A stretch of 64,000 nt of DNA from Bigelowiella natans CCMP2755 (lineage: Eukaryota > Protista > Cercozoa): NCBI GenBank assembly GCA_000320545.1, contig ADNK01001110.1, forward strand, positions 6,977-70,976, in the 5' to 3' direction. The position numbers and the translations under genes are program-made. A model generated the notes under the pieces. The model was not told the DNA's origin. It saw nothing but the letters and a program-made list of their open reading frames with translations, and searched no databases. Below are positions 37,601-49,026 of this stretch, one piece after another (positions within the stretch are counted from its first letter, which is position 1; every line of letters starts with the position of its first letter).

Positions 37601-39608
37601 GGATGGTCTTGCCGGGGTTCTTCTTCCGTAGCTCGGTAGGTGTAGGTAGCTTGTTGTCCGCTAGGTCCATAAACTCTAACGCATTAACGCTTGACTCAGA
37701 GGTCCACTCGTCAAGCCGTATCATGTTCTGGCTGATGGTCCTGCCTGACTTCTTTGGCAACTTAGCAAAGTATATCTTGTGATTGTAGAATGATATGATC
37801 CCCCCTAATTTTTCTAGGGCATCCTGTCCGAGGAGTAGTTCCATGGATAAAGTCATGGCTACTCGGGTCTTGATTTGGGTCTCCGCGTCGCTGCCAGGTA
37901 TCTGTAGCTTTAGCATTAGCTCACCGACGGTCTTCATGGAAGAGCTTCCGTCTGCTTGAGCATATTTACGTTCTTTCTTAGTCACTTGATCCAATAGTCC
38001 TAACCTTCTTACTGTGCTTAGGCTTATGAAGGACTTCGGCATGCTGCCACTATCCCAAAGGGCAGGTAGTTTCTTGTAGTCTCCGTAGCTGTCTTTAACT
38101 TTAACCTTGGTCATAGCAACTTTGATAGTCCTGTTAGCGTCTTCGTCATTAATGTTGCATACTCCTAAGTTCTTTATGTCGTCTAGGGTCATGGGCTTGT
38201 CTTGGTCCTGCGTTGCTGGTACTGCTGTCTTCGTCGGCGCCTGCTTAAGGTGATCTAATATTCCGTTTATCTGCTGCTGTATAGCATTGATACTGTTCTG
38301 CTTTTTGTTCTTATATTTATTGTTCTTCCCGTTGTTGCTGCCTTGCCATTTGCTGTTGTTATATCCTTGTCCTCTGCCTTTCTTTCTCTTTAACTTCTCG
38401 TAGTGTTCGTTGAGCTGCCTGATCGTCATCCTGGGTCGTCCTTCTTTCCTGTCTCTGCAGTCTTTAGCGGTGTGTTTCCCTTTACGTGAGCAGTATCCGC
38501 AACGTCGGTTACCTTCCCTGTCCTTGTACCAGTCTCGCTGCGGCTTAATAGCGTTAATGTTTCCTATGCCAGGTACCTTAGGGCTGGTAAACTTGCGGTC
38601 CTGCTCCTGCTCGCGTAGGGATATAGCCTGCACTGCTGCCTCCATCGTGGTGTAGCCTTTCTCCGTAACGTAAGTGGATTCCTTTATCTTTAACTTGAAC
38701 TCTTCAAACCTTGCCTGATCATCACCTGTGTTGTAATTAAAATCATGTAGTTCGTCGATCATATCCTGGAAGCGCGTGGCAAAGTCTCTAACAGGTTCTC
38801 TCTCATGCTGCATCATTGCTCTGTATTTTCTAATAGCCTGGGGTAGGGAGTTAGCATCCTGTTCATTTACAAAAGCCTTCATTATCGCCTCAACGTCTCG
38901 TAGCCCACTAACTGTAGTGTGTATTTTCTCTAGCTGCCTGATCCGGGTCCTGCCTGTCTCGTAAAGGTCCATGGCTTGCTTTATTATAGCTAGCCATTTG
39001 AGCTTGTCGTTTTCGGTGGGGTTAGGGGTAAAGTCGCAGAGTATACTCCTAGCGTTCTTCCACCACCTCCTTGCCTCACCTCTTTTCCCGTTGTATTTCG
39101 TTATCATAACCGGTGCTGTTTTAACAGACATGAACTGGGTGTTCCGCTGTACCGGCTGCTGCTGCTTGACGGTGCTCTGGGTCGTCCCCCGCGAGGCGCC
39201 CAGACCCCCGTCGTTCCTAAACAAAGCTGCCCACTCTGGAGGTAAGTCTGCTTCGTAATCCATGATGTCCTGCATGATAGCTGCCCAAACATCATGTGTC
39301 TGATACTTGTATTCTATCGATACTTTCAGTTTGGCGTAGTTGCTCGCCCTGGGTCGCAAGGCTCGTAATGCCATTACGACCTTCTTGCTTTCGGCGGCCA
39401 CGTCCTCGTCGTCCGCCTCGTAGAAGTTCTCCAGTGCCTCTGCTGCTGCATCTGCTTTCTTAATCCCGGGTGCTGGTCCCGGCGGTGCCTGTGGAGGTGT
39501 TCCTCCTCCTTCCTTAGCGTCCGTATCGCCCTTCCTTTCCTGTTTCTGCTCGTGCCCTTGCACGGCCTGCGAGCCAAAGTCCTGCTGTTCTTCTAGCTGC
39601 TGTGACAT
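34635..39608 (-). CDS. Gag-Pol polyprotein (1657 aa): Zn knuckle, protease, RT, RNase H, integrase, SH3-like region and C-terminal Dam-like MTase-fold domain
   Basis: CGYCSRKGKHTAKDC knuckle; ALWDSGS protease; SPWN, FPYGL and YVDD RT; LWTDWS..YSPTKGE..TDHKPL..ADYFSR RNase H; IDVY..HVDNE..SNSKVERLHRTL DDE integrase. Confidence 0.95.
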   Translation of the reverse strand: MSQQLEEQQDFGSQAVQGHEQKQERKGDTDAKEGGGTPPQAPPGPAPGIKKADAAAEALENFYEADDEDVAAESKKVVMALRALRPRASNYAKLKVSIEYKYQTHDVWAAIMQDIMDYEADLPPEWAALFRNDGGLGASRGTTQSTVKQQQPVQRNTQFMSVKTAPVMITKYNGKRGEARRWWKNARSILCDFTPNPTENDKLKWLAIIKQAMDLYETGRTRIRQLEKIHTTVSGLRDVEAIMKAFVNEQDANSLPQAIRKYRAMMQHEREPVRDFATRFQDMIDELHDFNYNTGDDQARFEEFKLKIKESTYVTEKGYTTMEAAVQAISLREQEQDRKFTSPKVPGIGNINAIKPQRDWYKDREGNRRCGYCSRKGKHTAKDCRDRKEGRPRMTIRQLNEHYEKLKRKKGRGQGYNNSKWQGSNNGKNNKYKNKKQNSINAIQQQINGILDHLKQAPTKTAVPATQDQDKPMTLDDIKNLGVCNINDEDANRTIKVAMTKVKVKDSYGDYKKLPALWDSGSMPKSFISLSTVRRLGLLDQVTKKERKYAQADGSSSMKTVGELMLKLQIPGSDAETQIKTRVAMTLSMELLLGQDALEKLGGIISFYNHKIYFAKLPKKSGRTISQNMIRLDEWTSESSVNALEFMDLADNKLPTPTELRKKNPGKTIRQITELLDKTPPADDWDIDKGKKYINKILNEKYSDITKPTTKPSSKLTPVKIELKKGYEECIINDPEHRRPEADWEKIEWQINEWAKEGKIEPSNSPWNVRHVLAKKPTYPFFRLAHNFIRHNRVIKRIQTPTPRIDDVIEHVIGYKYYSSLDKNESYMQTPIHKTSRPITAFSSRHRKWHFVVFPYGLSISGDAFSSQNYRAYTHDGMASVLWVFVFVYVDDDIICTNTVVAQIFLLENIFIRFAHFGFTIRLQKCTFLATRIKWCGYYLEQGRITPNPEKVAALQQAPKPKNAKELKSFLQTAAWILRRFSPTYARTAAAFTTAYRKENSVGLSFAKVWAKAGLDAHFDNLIKLCSNTLLNAKLDTTRPATLWTDWSKLGMAAVLTQDQQIIRVWGRACTAAEAKYSPTKGEYKAMTEAQRKLRYYLLSVPSFTLMTDHKPLLGIDRKLEAPNDEYAAMRADTEEFRDKRTVVYAPGDKQLADYFSRLFEKKVPTQVTPMVNAITFEDGDFLPEPEELQHLQEHLDKYKHKHEVLSDRIYVYTNNVRRTYVPRRTRGALLFTAHGPAHVGENHITALLYHYYWPYKLKEIRTYLRGCRCSSLKAAGVATKESSKSRASKKIKARNFLDIVQIDVYKYDGYHYLTFVDVATGKCWVKKIIKVNVAKKNKGLYKQRLTNCYRTWESELQAIPDEVSINKIPKKLHVDNETSLLQLPHPNIDASPVYYAQSNSKVERLHRTLANLSRINSTTPDKIQGLVNDTFTSGGGIKDKEREEGDDNDDDTESEDEKVPYDGRVLKEGQYVRAKVNLRSRNKQDPFWGGVAKVTERKGRKQYYIYDGNRVTLRHISHLKNYDIGEKLLEDVKVNPTVWERAMPCLGPRPKFDVEYGNNKVRVNDDWRMKIVYLGYPGLRNMERVAMKIKDGKYQLLYLAVPDLPFEHWYKVLGDLDAEGWYGHEPKDEGEFWVSDKGDKVREESITWWLVKFRKR

Positions 39609-39624
39609 TGTTAGTCAAATCGTT

Positions 39625-39642
39625 TCCCGTGTGTGGAAGCCA
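39625..39642 (-). other. Primer-binding site
   Basis: Minus strand TGGCTTCCACACACGGGA lies 5 nt inside the 5' LTR and is complementary to a tRNA-like 3' end ...TCCCGTGTGTGGAAGCCA. It resembles tRNA-Glu ends, but the tRNA identity is not established. Confidence 0.75.
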
Positions 39643-39647
39643 AAGGT

Positions 39648-39973
39648 TGTTGCGCGTAAGGTGTTCACAGGCCGAGGCGCTACGTGCACAAGTAGGCAGG
39701 GGGGGGGAAAGGCACGTTTGCTTCCTTTTGAAGAGTTGTGTTTATTTTTATTAAAGATTATATTTTTATTAAATCGTGCACTGCGTAATCATTCGCGAAG
39801 CTTTCGCGAATGCCGCCGCACGTGGGGCAGCACACTTCCGGTGTGCTGCCATGAGTCCCGCCGGAACCCACGTGCCTATGCTGTATTAATATCTACGTTA
39901 TCTATATTCTATATCCGCGACAACCCCTTTGTTGTCGCACGTGACTTGTGCCCGCGTAGTGGTACGCGCTACA
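39648..39973 (-). repeat. 5' LTR
   Basis: Identical to 34258-34583 and followed by the TSD GTCC. Confidence 0.97.
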
Positions 39974-40403
39974 GTCCACCGGTCGCACACTTTCAATGTG
40001 CTCATCTTCATGCATGAAATGCTCGAGCAAACGGACCAGCATCACATTCTGCAACTGCCACCTGCGATGCACCTACAGAGCTCCTATATCGCATGCATGT
40101 AATTGATGCGTTCATGTTTTCTACTGAACATTTCGCACATGAGAGTAGCGACGCGTGAATGTGATAAGCACAATTCTGTCTTATCTGAGTCGCAGAACGA
40201 GGCATAGCCAGTGCTGTGCATTCGCAGTATGCACCGTATATCTCATGCACTTCGCTCGCTACTGTACACTAGTACATCAAGCGAATTCGCATTAATTCAG
40301 GAGGTCAAAGCATAGATGTGAACGTGGACTTTGAGGCGTGATTGTTATTCTTACCGACGTGTAGCACATTGCGAATTGCAGCAACGCATACACTTCACAT
40401 TAG

Positions 40404-40828
40404 TTAATCGTTCTTCTTGCTCTTACTAGGACCGATAAGATTCAAGCGAAGCATGGAGAGCAACCCGACCAGCCCTGTGACAAGTGCTCCCAGCTCAGTG
40501 GCGTTCCTGAGTGAGCAAAATTTAGTTTCATATCGAGTAGATTTGGGAATGGTGCCATGAGCAGGCTTTGCTGCGATTGACGTCACATCTCATCAATTTT
40601 CTGTGCCAATATTTCTACGAATGCACCTGTTCACTTGCTGCAGGCGCTCAAGTAGCGTGGGGAGCAGCATGGACGGCAGCACGTCAAATCCCAGGGATGA
40701 GAGTATAAAGTCGGATCTGTCGGTGAGGGGCACGAAGAACATTGTGGCGAGAATAGCCACGTTCAAGAAACCATGGGGGGGGAAGAGAACGAGGATTCAT
40801 ATGTATTGTGCATGTTTTGATATTAATA

Positions 40829-40869
<41 letters not shown>

Positions 40870-41908
40870 GTGTGCAATGTAAGTGACAACTTGAGAAGCC
40901 CCGCGATATTCTTTGTAATTTGGTTTGATAGGTCGCAGCTGCCTATAATTAGGGGAGTGGGGTGGTATGATCGATCTTGAGGTTCGTCTCTCACACTTCT
41001 TTGATCTCAAAAACCAAGGCAATCATCTTAGCACACACACACACACAATCAATGTACGTTCGGAGAACTACAAGCTCAGAAGGGCACACGATGGTTATTG
41101 AATCCAAGATGAAGACTCAATTCTTTCTAGTTGTCATCCTAACCTGAAGCTGCAACGATCTCGTAGAAGACCTGATTTACATTTTTCATATCATTTATGC
41201 ACATACAGTGGTGGAGTGCTGTGCGGGCCATTGCAGCAACACCAAACATTATAGAGAAACGTGCTGTCCACTGAGTCAGGCGATACCTTGGCATTTTCAG
41301 GGAGCACGTTCCATCCTGTGACGACGTACACAATGTAGCGGAACGCCTGCTCGGATAGTTGCTTTCTGCAGAGGGCAAAAAGGAGGAGGGGGAAGATAAG
41401 AAGGTGGTGGAGAAAGGTGTCTACCAAGAATCAAGAACGATTGAACGCTTGAGCGAGGAATAGAGAGAGGAGGCGAGTTCGCCTTATGCGTCAAAATGTT
41501 AGGGAAAATGGACAATTTGCAGCTTGTGCGTGCAATAAGAGAGAAGGAGGGGAAGAAGGCAGGAAAAAAAAGAGAGGGAGAATGGCGTAGCTAGCATTAA
41601 TGAACAGTGGACAGCAGCATGCGATTTCCACGACGTGATTGGCATTTAGCACGATAAACAATTACTGTAGGATCTGCTCACAGAAGGGCTCCGGAATCGT
41701 CAAAGTGTCAGGGGATGTTTGCTGTCCCCCAGCTGCCTTGAGGAGCCCCTCCCCTCCCCGTGATCGATACTGAGGGTGAGGAATATCTTCGTGGTTGTCG
41801 TCGACGCTATTTATGTTCGACCCGGCCGTGAGAAGCAGCGGGATCCAGAAGTATGATAGGGCCTGATGATCGCCGACGACAACGACAAAGACAACGACAA
41901 CGACGACA

Positions 41909-41939
<31 letters not shown>

Positions 41940-43559
41940 CGAAGAATCTACATTTTAACTTAAGTTCAAATACCTAACCTATCGTTACGACCATTGATAG
42001 GCCAACAAGGAATTGCAGCAGCAGCAGCAGCAGCAGCAGGGAGGGGTATGAAGAGCAGAGAGAAGAAGGCTCTGAATCCTGGTGATTTGCTTTCTCGTGA
42101 TGCAATATTATTTAGATGCCAGTGAGAATACACACATAAACGGCGATGACGAGGAATCCGTATGTAAGCCATTGCCTGTCGACCTTTTATCACCAAGCAT
42201 GGTACGTGTGAGTGCTGTCTTTCATCTGTGCGGATGACTTAATCTCTCATCATCATCTTTTTCTTCTTCTTCGTCTTCTTTTCTTACTCCCCCCTAACCT
42301 CCACAGATTTAGCCCATTTTCGCAGAAGCTGAGCCCCCAGAAAACCTGATTTATCGTGATAGGTTTGCGATATGTTTTTTGCATATGGTCGTCGGTATCG
42401 GTGGCAATACAAACCACCGCCTTTGTCCTCCTTATCATCAGCATTCATCGTCATTGTCATCATCATCATTCTCATTGTGCGTCTCTGCTCGCGCGTTCAA
42501 ATTTTTCGTGGGTTCCCTCATCCCAATGCTGCAGACGATGCTCTCCTCTCACCCCCTCCCCGAGGCCGAGCTACCGAAAAGGACTGAGAAAATCATGAAA
42601 TCCGGCGGTGCTCCCCATAGCAACCCGTATGTCTGTGTTGTTATAGTCAAATAAGCGGGAAAAGAAGAAGAAGAAGAAGAAGAAGAGGAGGAAGAAGAAA
42701 AAGACAAAGACGAAAATTGGACGCCAGAAGAGCAAAATCCTCCCACACGCACTACTGTAGTCTTCTCATCCCAAATCTAATCTGGTTACAGAATGGAGGA
42801 TTCCTTTTCCCGGCCCATGCTTCCCAAAGGTTGCTATTCTACTAGAGTACATATCGATCGAAGACCAAACACAGCAGCGAGAGGGTAGTCAACGCCGATT
42901 CCACCTTTTATTTGTAAGAGAGTATGATTCGTGTTTGACTCATGTGTGTCGTCGTCGTCGTCGTCGTCAAAAGGCTAGGTTCTAGCGCATAAATCTCTGT
43001 TTCTGAGACATAGTAGCAATGATGAAGGTGATCTTTATGGAAATGTGCGTGGAATACCCATCCCGCCGACAATTTGCCAAACGTGGCGATGTGCACCACA
43101 TCTGGGAAAACAACAGCAACAACATAGAGGTGCTCAGCATCGTCGACTAACCCAACCACCCCCCTCGCGAACACGTTCATTCTTCTCACCGGATAGGAAG
43201 TAGCAGGCGTATATGCGTGTGAGAAACACACTCAAGGGATGCCTGTAATGGTAGAGGTAACGCAAATATAATAAGGTGAATCTGTGCGTGTGCCGCATGC
43301 AATCATTCAGTGCAGTCCACATGGGCGCTCTCGTGACCTATGCATTGTCTCCATTGAAATAGCATGGAGAATTCCAGCGACCAGAGAAATGGAGGAGATT
43401 CCTGAAAAGGACAGGGGGTTACATTGAACGGTTGTGGGGTGAAAGATTATCGTCGTATGAAGCAGGATCCATGCGACCTCTTCCCTGGTACAGTGTTCCT
43501 GCCTTACTCTCAATGCCACTGAGCCTATCAGTGTTTTCTCATAATTAAAATATAAAATA

Positions 43560-43598
<39 letters not shown>

Positions 43599-43840
43599 CT
43601 GCATGCAGCATTAAAGCGTAATAAGAATCCTCTGCTCCAGTGAGAGCGCAACGAAGCACCACCTTAGGTACAGCCACACGGATCCAAGCACAGCGTACGC
43701 ATAAATCCCCCCCAGATAGATCACCACCTTGAAGAGAAGCAATGTCGATTTTCAGAAGGTGTGCTTAATACACCGCAGTAATTTTACTGCTGATCTCACC
43801 GGAAGAAGAAGGGCCTCCCCCACGAACACTAGCTCACCCA
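40404..43840 (-). CDS. Multi-exon multi-pass membrane protein ending in KKND (KKxx ER-retrieval-like signal); 5' end uncertain
   Basis: Many short hydrophobic exons (IYLGGIYAYAVLGSVWLYL, QWLTYGFLVIAVYV, ALSYFWIPLLLTAG, FRYIVYVVTGW, FLNVAILATMFFVP). The last exon ends LIGPSKSKKND*. Confidence 0.5.
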
Positions 43841-44367
43841 TCTATCCTGGCGAGCCTTTACAGCGGCACTAATCGAGAGTCACGAGGAGATGGCGGTTGC
43901 CACGCTCCTAATGTACTCGAACACCTGTCTGGCCTGGAAACGGCACGCACAGCCTCCCTCGGCAGGCTGAGTCAAGATCCAGCTTTGTGGGTTTTGCAGC
44001 AATGCATCTGGCACAGTTGCGGGATGGTAAACTTTCCTAGGATATTCGATGCGATGAAAACGGGAAGACGAACGCGTTTTCGAAAAGAGCGAAGCCAATA
44101 AACGGTTGTGGAGCTCCGTGCTTCTTCCGTACAAACCCGATGTTCTCACACCTATTTTTATCTCATTTTTTCTTTTTGCCGTTATTGAAAAACTTGCACT
44201 TGTTTTTGTCCTGTGACATCGTTTTGACCTTGTCGCAGAGAAAAATCACCTTATTGTTGGAACGGTGGTAACGCCAGTCGCACTCATCATTCGAGTACTA
44301 TTAACTCAATTACATTTCTCAACTCAATTACCTAGCCGAACGATATCTACACGATCGGCCAACACTA

Positions 44368-45096
44368 ATGGGGGGAGGCTGTAGTGTACCAAAGAACAAT
44401 GACGAGCTGAAGAGAAAGGTGAAAGAGTTGGAGGAGAAATTAGAGAAACAGCAGGAACAACCAGCAGAAATTAAGTCCGAATCCCCCAACCCTACTGCGA
44501 AAGAGCAACAGCTTGAGAAGAAGGTGAGAGAGTTGAAGGAGAAATTGCAGCAGCAGCAGCAGCAGCAAGCACTGCTTGCAAAAAGCAAGACTGTAGATCC
44601 CGTCCCTACGAAGAAGGAGCAACAGTTAGAGAAGAAAGTCAAGGAGTTAGAGGGGAAACTGCAGCAACAACAATTGCCGCCGGCAGGCAGTAAGTCAGAA
44701 GGCTCCATCCCTAATGAGAGGGAGCAACAGCTAGAAAAGAAAGTGAAGGAGTTGGAGGAAAAACTACAGCAGCAGCAACAGCTGCCGCCAGAAAGTAGTA
44801 AGTCAGGAGGCCCCATCCCTGGTGAAAAGGGGCAGCCCCAACAAGATTCGTTCTACTCAAAAGTGTGTGAATTCCACCTCGGTGATATGGAGGAAAAAAA
44901 AAAGAGCGTGCATAAGGAGGAAGATATAGAGATCTCTGAGCTAATAGGAGATGGCTACTTTGGGAAAACTTACAAAGTCAAACTTAAGAAAGAGAACCCT
45001 GGACAGAAGCTGGACGATCGGGTGAGCGATGGGGCACTATAGTCGCATCGGGGAACTTGCTGTACACACGCAATAATGATAAAGATAAATTATATA

Positions 45097-45136
<40 letters not shown>

Positions 45137-47536
45137 TTAAACTATCATACATTTATACTGTGTAAATAATAATTTATCAACATATGCATGCATGTAATTT
45201 GGTGAGATGTTACAACTAGAATATACCTGTGCTTGATTTATCCTGTTATTGATTTTTTCACGAGCACAAAACATAAACGCAAAGTCCACCCCAAACATCG
45301 TGTGGTTATATCCGACAGTGGCTCGCTTTAAAGATTCCCTACAAAGGCTCCTTGGAAGAGCATGAGAACGAAATTGCAGTTCTTATGAAAATCACCGGGC
45401 ACGAAAACGTCATACAATTTAGAGGCGTCGTAAGTCTGAAAAGCGGGTTCCAAGGTTACCTTGTTGATCATTGCGACCTCGGCAGACTGGATACACTACA
45501 CGAAAAGTTCGATCTAAGTGACAAAAAAGGTGTGTGACTACGAACATGTATATATTCCAACAGCTTTGACGCACTCATATTTATTTAATTACCATTGATC
45601 TCGCACATATTATGTCAATGCAACAGTGTTCTTCAGTATAGCTCGCGGGCTTTTCCTTGGCCTAAATCATCTGCACACGGCAAAAATTATCCATCGCGAT
45701 ATTGCATGTCGAAACATCCTCGTTGGAAAGGACTGGCAGGTTCGCATCGGCTCCTTTGGCCTCTCGGTTATGGCACCGACAGGTGGATGTCCCATGTCGT
45801 TTAACGAACGCTTGCCGTGGCCTTGGATGTCTCCTGAGACCCTTCGAGACAAGATGTACACATTCAAGTCGGATGTGTGGTCGGCTGGCGTCGCTTTGTG
45901 GGAGGTACTCTGCAAGGGAAATCTACCTTACGCAGGTTCATCCTTATCGGCCCCTTTATATTATCTTGTGTCTGCTGTTAGAATATATTTCGTTTTCTCT
46001 GCAAAACAAGGTGCAATCACAACCATAATTTACATCAGACAACCGGAAGCTACCTCCAAGCAGCGATGTTATTCCTAAAATAATATCCGGTTCAGAGTGC
46101 TTACGTGCTCCTACGTCACTCCCGAAGGAGCAGCGCTGGCAGCTGCTGGAAGATGGCAATTGGTACTTCTTTGATGATGATGACGCCGAGATCATCGAGA
46201 AGGCTTTCCTAAATGAGGAGGAAACGACTGAGTTTCGAAACACTAACGATCGGCAATATTATGACGTCTTCTTCAAAAGCATGACGTACAAGGACAGGGG
46301 TACGAAGGTAGTTCGAGCTATCCGTCGTATTCCCATGAGTAAGTTGGTAACAGAGGAAGCCAGACCCGCAGAAGCTTTAGTCAATAATTGCCTCCGGTTT
46401 AACCATGCAATTCGCCCAAGTGCCTGCGATGTCCTCCTTGACTGGATTCCCGGTGGCCATGAGGCTTTGCAGGCTACCTCTCCTGCCACGAATTCATTGG
46501 CCGGAACCTTTGGCCCTGGCCTGCCGCCATTGCCGACTATTCGAGTTGGATCGGGTGTATGCCTGTCGAAGGACGGAATGTTTTTGTACGTCATCGGGAG
46601 CCTTGGTCGTCATGATGGAGCATGTTTTGACTTCACCCAAGGCGTTTGGCACACGGTGAGCACGGCTACATTTGCTACATTTCTGTAGTGATGTGCTCTC
46701 CCTAAGTATCGTTCTATTATGTTGGTGAGGCGAAGAGAGGTGTTTCTGTGTTTCTACCATTGTCTCCTTCATTCATAATCTGCTCTTTAACTGAATTGTT
46801 TTCCTTTCAGGTTAGCGATATGAGTCAAAAGAGGGCTTCCTTTGGGCTGTGTATGAGTCTAGACGGGCAGGCAATGTATGCTGTGGGGGGCTATGGCGAA
46901 GCGACAATGGAAAAGTATGAGTTCAGAGAGTCGAAATGGATCCTGATGGAAGGTGATCAAAATCAACTCAGTTGCTGCCGCGATGGTCTTGGGTTATGCC
47001 TATCACTCGACGGGGCTAAGATGTTCGCCTTGGGAGGTGAGGATGAGGATGGTGAAATGCTCGATTCAATGGAAGCGTACGACTTCAAAGAGTCCAAATG
47101 GACCGCATTGGAAGCAAAAATGACCAACGCGCGAAAAAATTTCGCCGCATGTTTGACACCGGATGGCAAGTACATAGCTGCAGTGGGAGGATTCGACAAT
47201 GAAAACGATCAGGCTTTAGATTCTATTGAAATGTTCAACATAGCTGAAGGGAAGTGGGAGGAAGCAGGGCGACTCAATGTGGCTAGACATTCATTGGAGG
47301 CATGCATTTCCCCCGATGGAAAGTTTCTCTATGTCTTAGGAGGGTGCAATCAGGAAGAAGAGGGTCTTGATTCCATTGAAGTCTTTCAATGGTCCGGCAG
47401 CAGCTGGAACCATGAACGCGAAATGAAATTGAAGCACACACGCTACAACCACGGAGCTTGCATGTCCAAGGACGGAAAGCAAATTTTTATTGTTGGTGGA
47501 AGAGGTTGCCAAGCCGTGGAACAGCTTCGCCTGTAG
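44368..47536 (+). CDS. Multi-exon protein: MGGGCS acylation motif, 4 coiled-coil repeats, tyrosine-kinase-like (pseudo)kinase with an inserted WWE domain, and a C-terminal Kelch-like propeller
   Basis: Kinase motifs IGDGYFGKTY, WLALK (exon from 45319), IIHRDIACRNILV, IGSFGLS, LPWPWMSPE, KSDVWSAGV and CLRFNHAIRPS. Kelch units such as MYAVGG, MFALGG..DSMEAYDF..KW and LYVLGG. Confidence 0.85.
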
Positions 47537-47589
47537 CAAGCAAGGAAGATTGATCTTCTAAATCAGCATGGCAGTTTGAGATGTAAAGC

Positions 47590-48531
47590 GAGGTTGCATG
47601 CACCGTGAAGCCCACACCTTGTTTGATTGCATCGCATGTTTGGACTGATGAGGAGGTGACGCAGCTCGTTTTTGCCTCAGCAACCCTTTTCCGGTGACAC
47701 ACACACTGACACAGCACAGTGCTCTAGCGCTGCTCACAACACACATGCAAGTGTCATTTCAACCAACCATGCCAGCATGCCATTCTCAATGAACGCAAAC
47801 AACATGACGAATGTGTTGCTCACCTGTCATGAACAAACAAGCGTCAACCCACAACACGTGCCGTGCATTCATGCAAGCCACGCTGCAATGCCACGGCGGG
47901 AACTGGCACGGTCTAGGGGTGGGTGTGTCCCGCACGCATTGTATGCAAAAATGAACATTGCCACAGATGTTGCTCTTTGCGATCACATCCTGATGAAAAT
48001 GCAGACTGTCGGATTGCGTCATTGCCACCGACGCAAACGAACTGATTAGCTGCAGCTACGCGCAGGCGAGCCCACATTGTCAGCACGGCAGCATCAGAGC
48101 CCGGATGTGCATGTGCAGGTCGTCAGCGACTGCGTTGTCGTGTGCTGAGTGCGAGCTAGCTGGCTAGCTGGGACACCGTGGTTGGTGCGTCCCAATCTGA
48201 ACAATGAGCTAGTGAGACTCGCTGCAAAGTCTGGAAGTTGCAAGCAAGTTGCATGGTTTTCGATTGACCATTCACCTGCAGCAGGAATGACGATCCATCA
48301 TGTGTGGATGAGCTGATGAACTTGCAGGTCCAGAGGTGTCCATCAGAGCACAACGGCTTGAAAAGCATGCATCCCGCCAGACGGGTTGGTTTCAAGCACG
48401 CACCACACTGCAAGCGTCAAATCGAGGCACACACACGTGTGAGCTGCTCAGAGCAGCGGCTGATTGGGGTGCAGTTCAAACAACAAAGTCTGAGCAAGCG
48501 TCACTCACTTTGATGAGGAAGATCGATTGAT
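47590..48531. other. TpA-depleted non-coding tract
   Basis: Hand count: 8 TA in ~940 bp, 5 of them CTAG. Confidence 0.9.
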
Positions 48532-49026
48532 TGTTGCGCGTAAGGTGTTCACAGGCCGAGGCGCTACGTGCACAAGTAGGCAGGGGGGGGGAAAGGCACG
48601 TTTGCTTCCTTTTGAAGAGTTGTGTTTATTTTTATTAAAGATTATATTTTTATTAAATCGTGCACTGCGTAATCATTCGCGAAGCTTTCGCGAATGCCGC
48701 CGCACGTGGGGCAGCACACTTCCGGTGTGCTGCCATGAGTCCCGCCGGAACCCACGTGCCTATGCTGTATTAATATCTACGTTATCTATATTCTATATCC
48801 GCGACAACCCCTTTGTTGTCGCACGTGACTTGTGCCCGCGTAGTGGTACGCGCTACACCTCCCCCAAGTGATTCGTTTTGCGTCCACCTCGACGTCCAAC
48901 GCAACGCGATGCACGATGCACACTTGAGTTGCTAGCAAGCTGGACGCATCTCTAACCTTATCTCCTTTGTCGCTTACCCAGAACTCACCTTCGTCCTTAG
49001 GTTCGTGTCCATACCAGCCCTCTGCA
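48532..49026 (-). mobile_element. Third identical LTR (48532-48857) plus PPT, and a detached 78-bp piece of pol 3' end (48949-49026 = 34678-34755)
   Basis: Direct sequence identity. TGAT occurs at 48528-48531 and again at 48869-48872. Confidence 0.9.

Larger units (their letters stand above)
34258..39973 (-). mobile_element. Intact Ty3/Gypsy-type LTR retrotransposon, 5716 bp
   Basis: Two identical 326-bp TG...CA LTRs, 4-bp TSD GTCC (34254-34257 and 39974-39977), PBS, PPT, and a single gag-pol ORF in PR-RT-RH-INT order. Confidence 0.97.

Noticed and set aside
34258-39973. Classifying the element as DIRS because of the MT-like domain
   Set aside because: It has a DDE integrase, direct TG..CA LTRs, a TSD, PBS and PPT, and no tyrosine recombinase.
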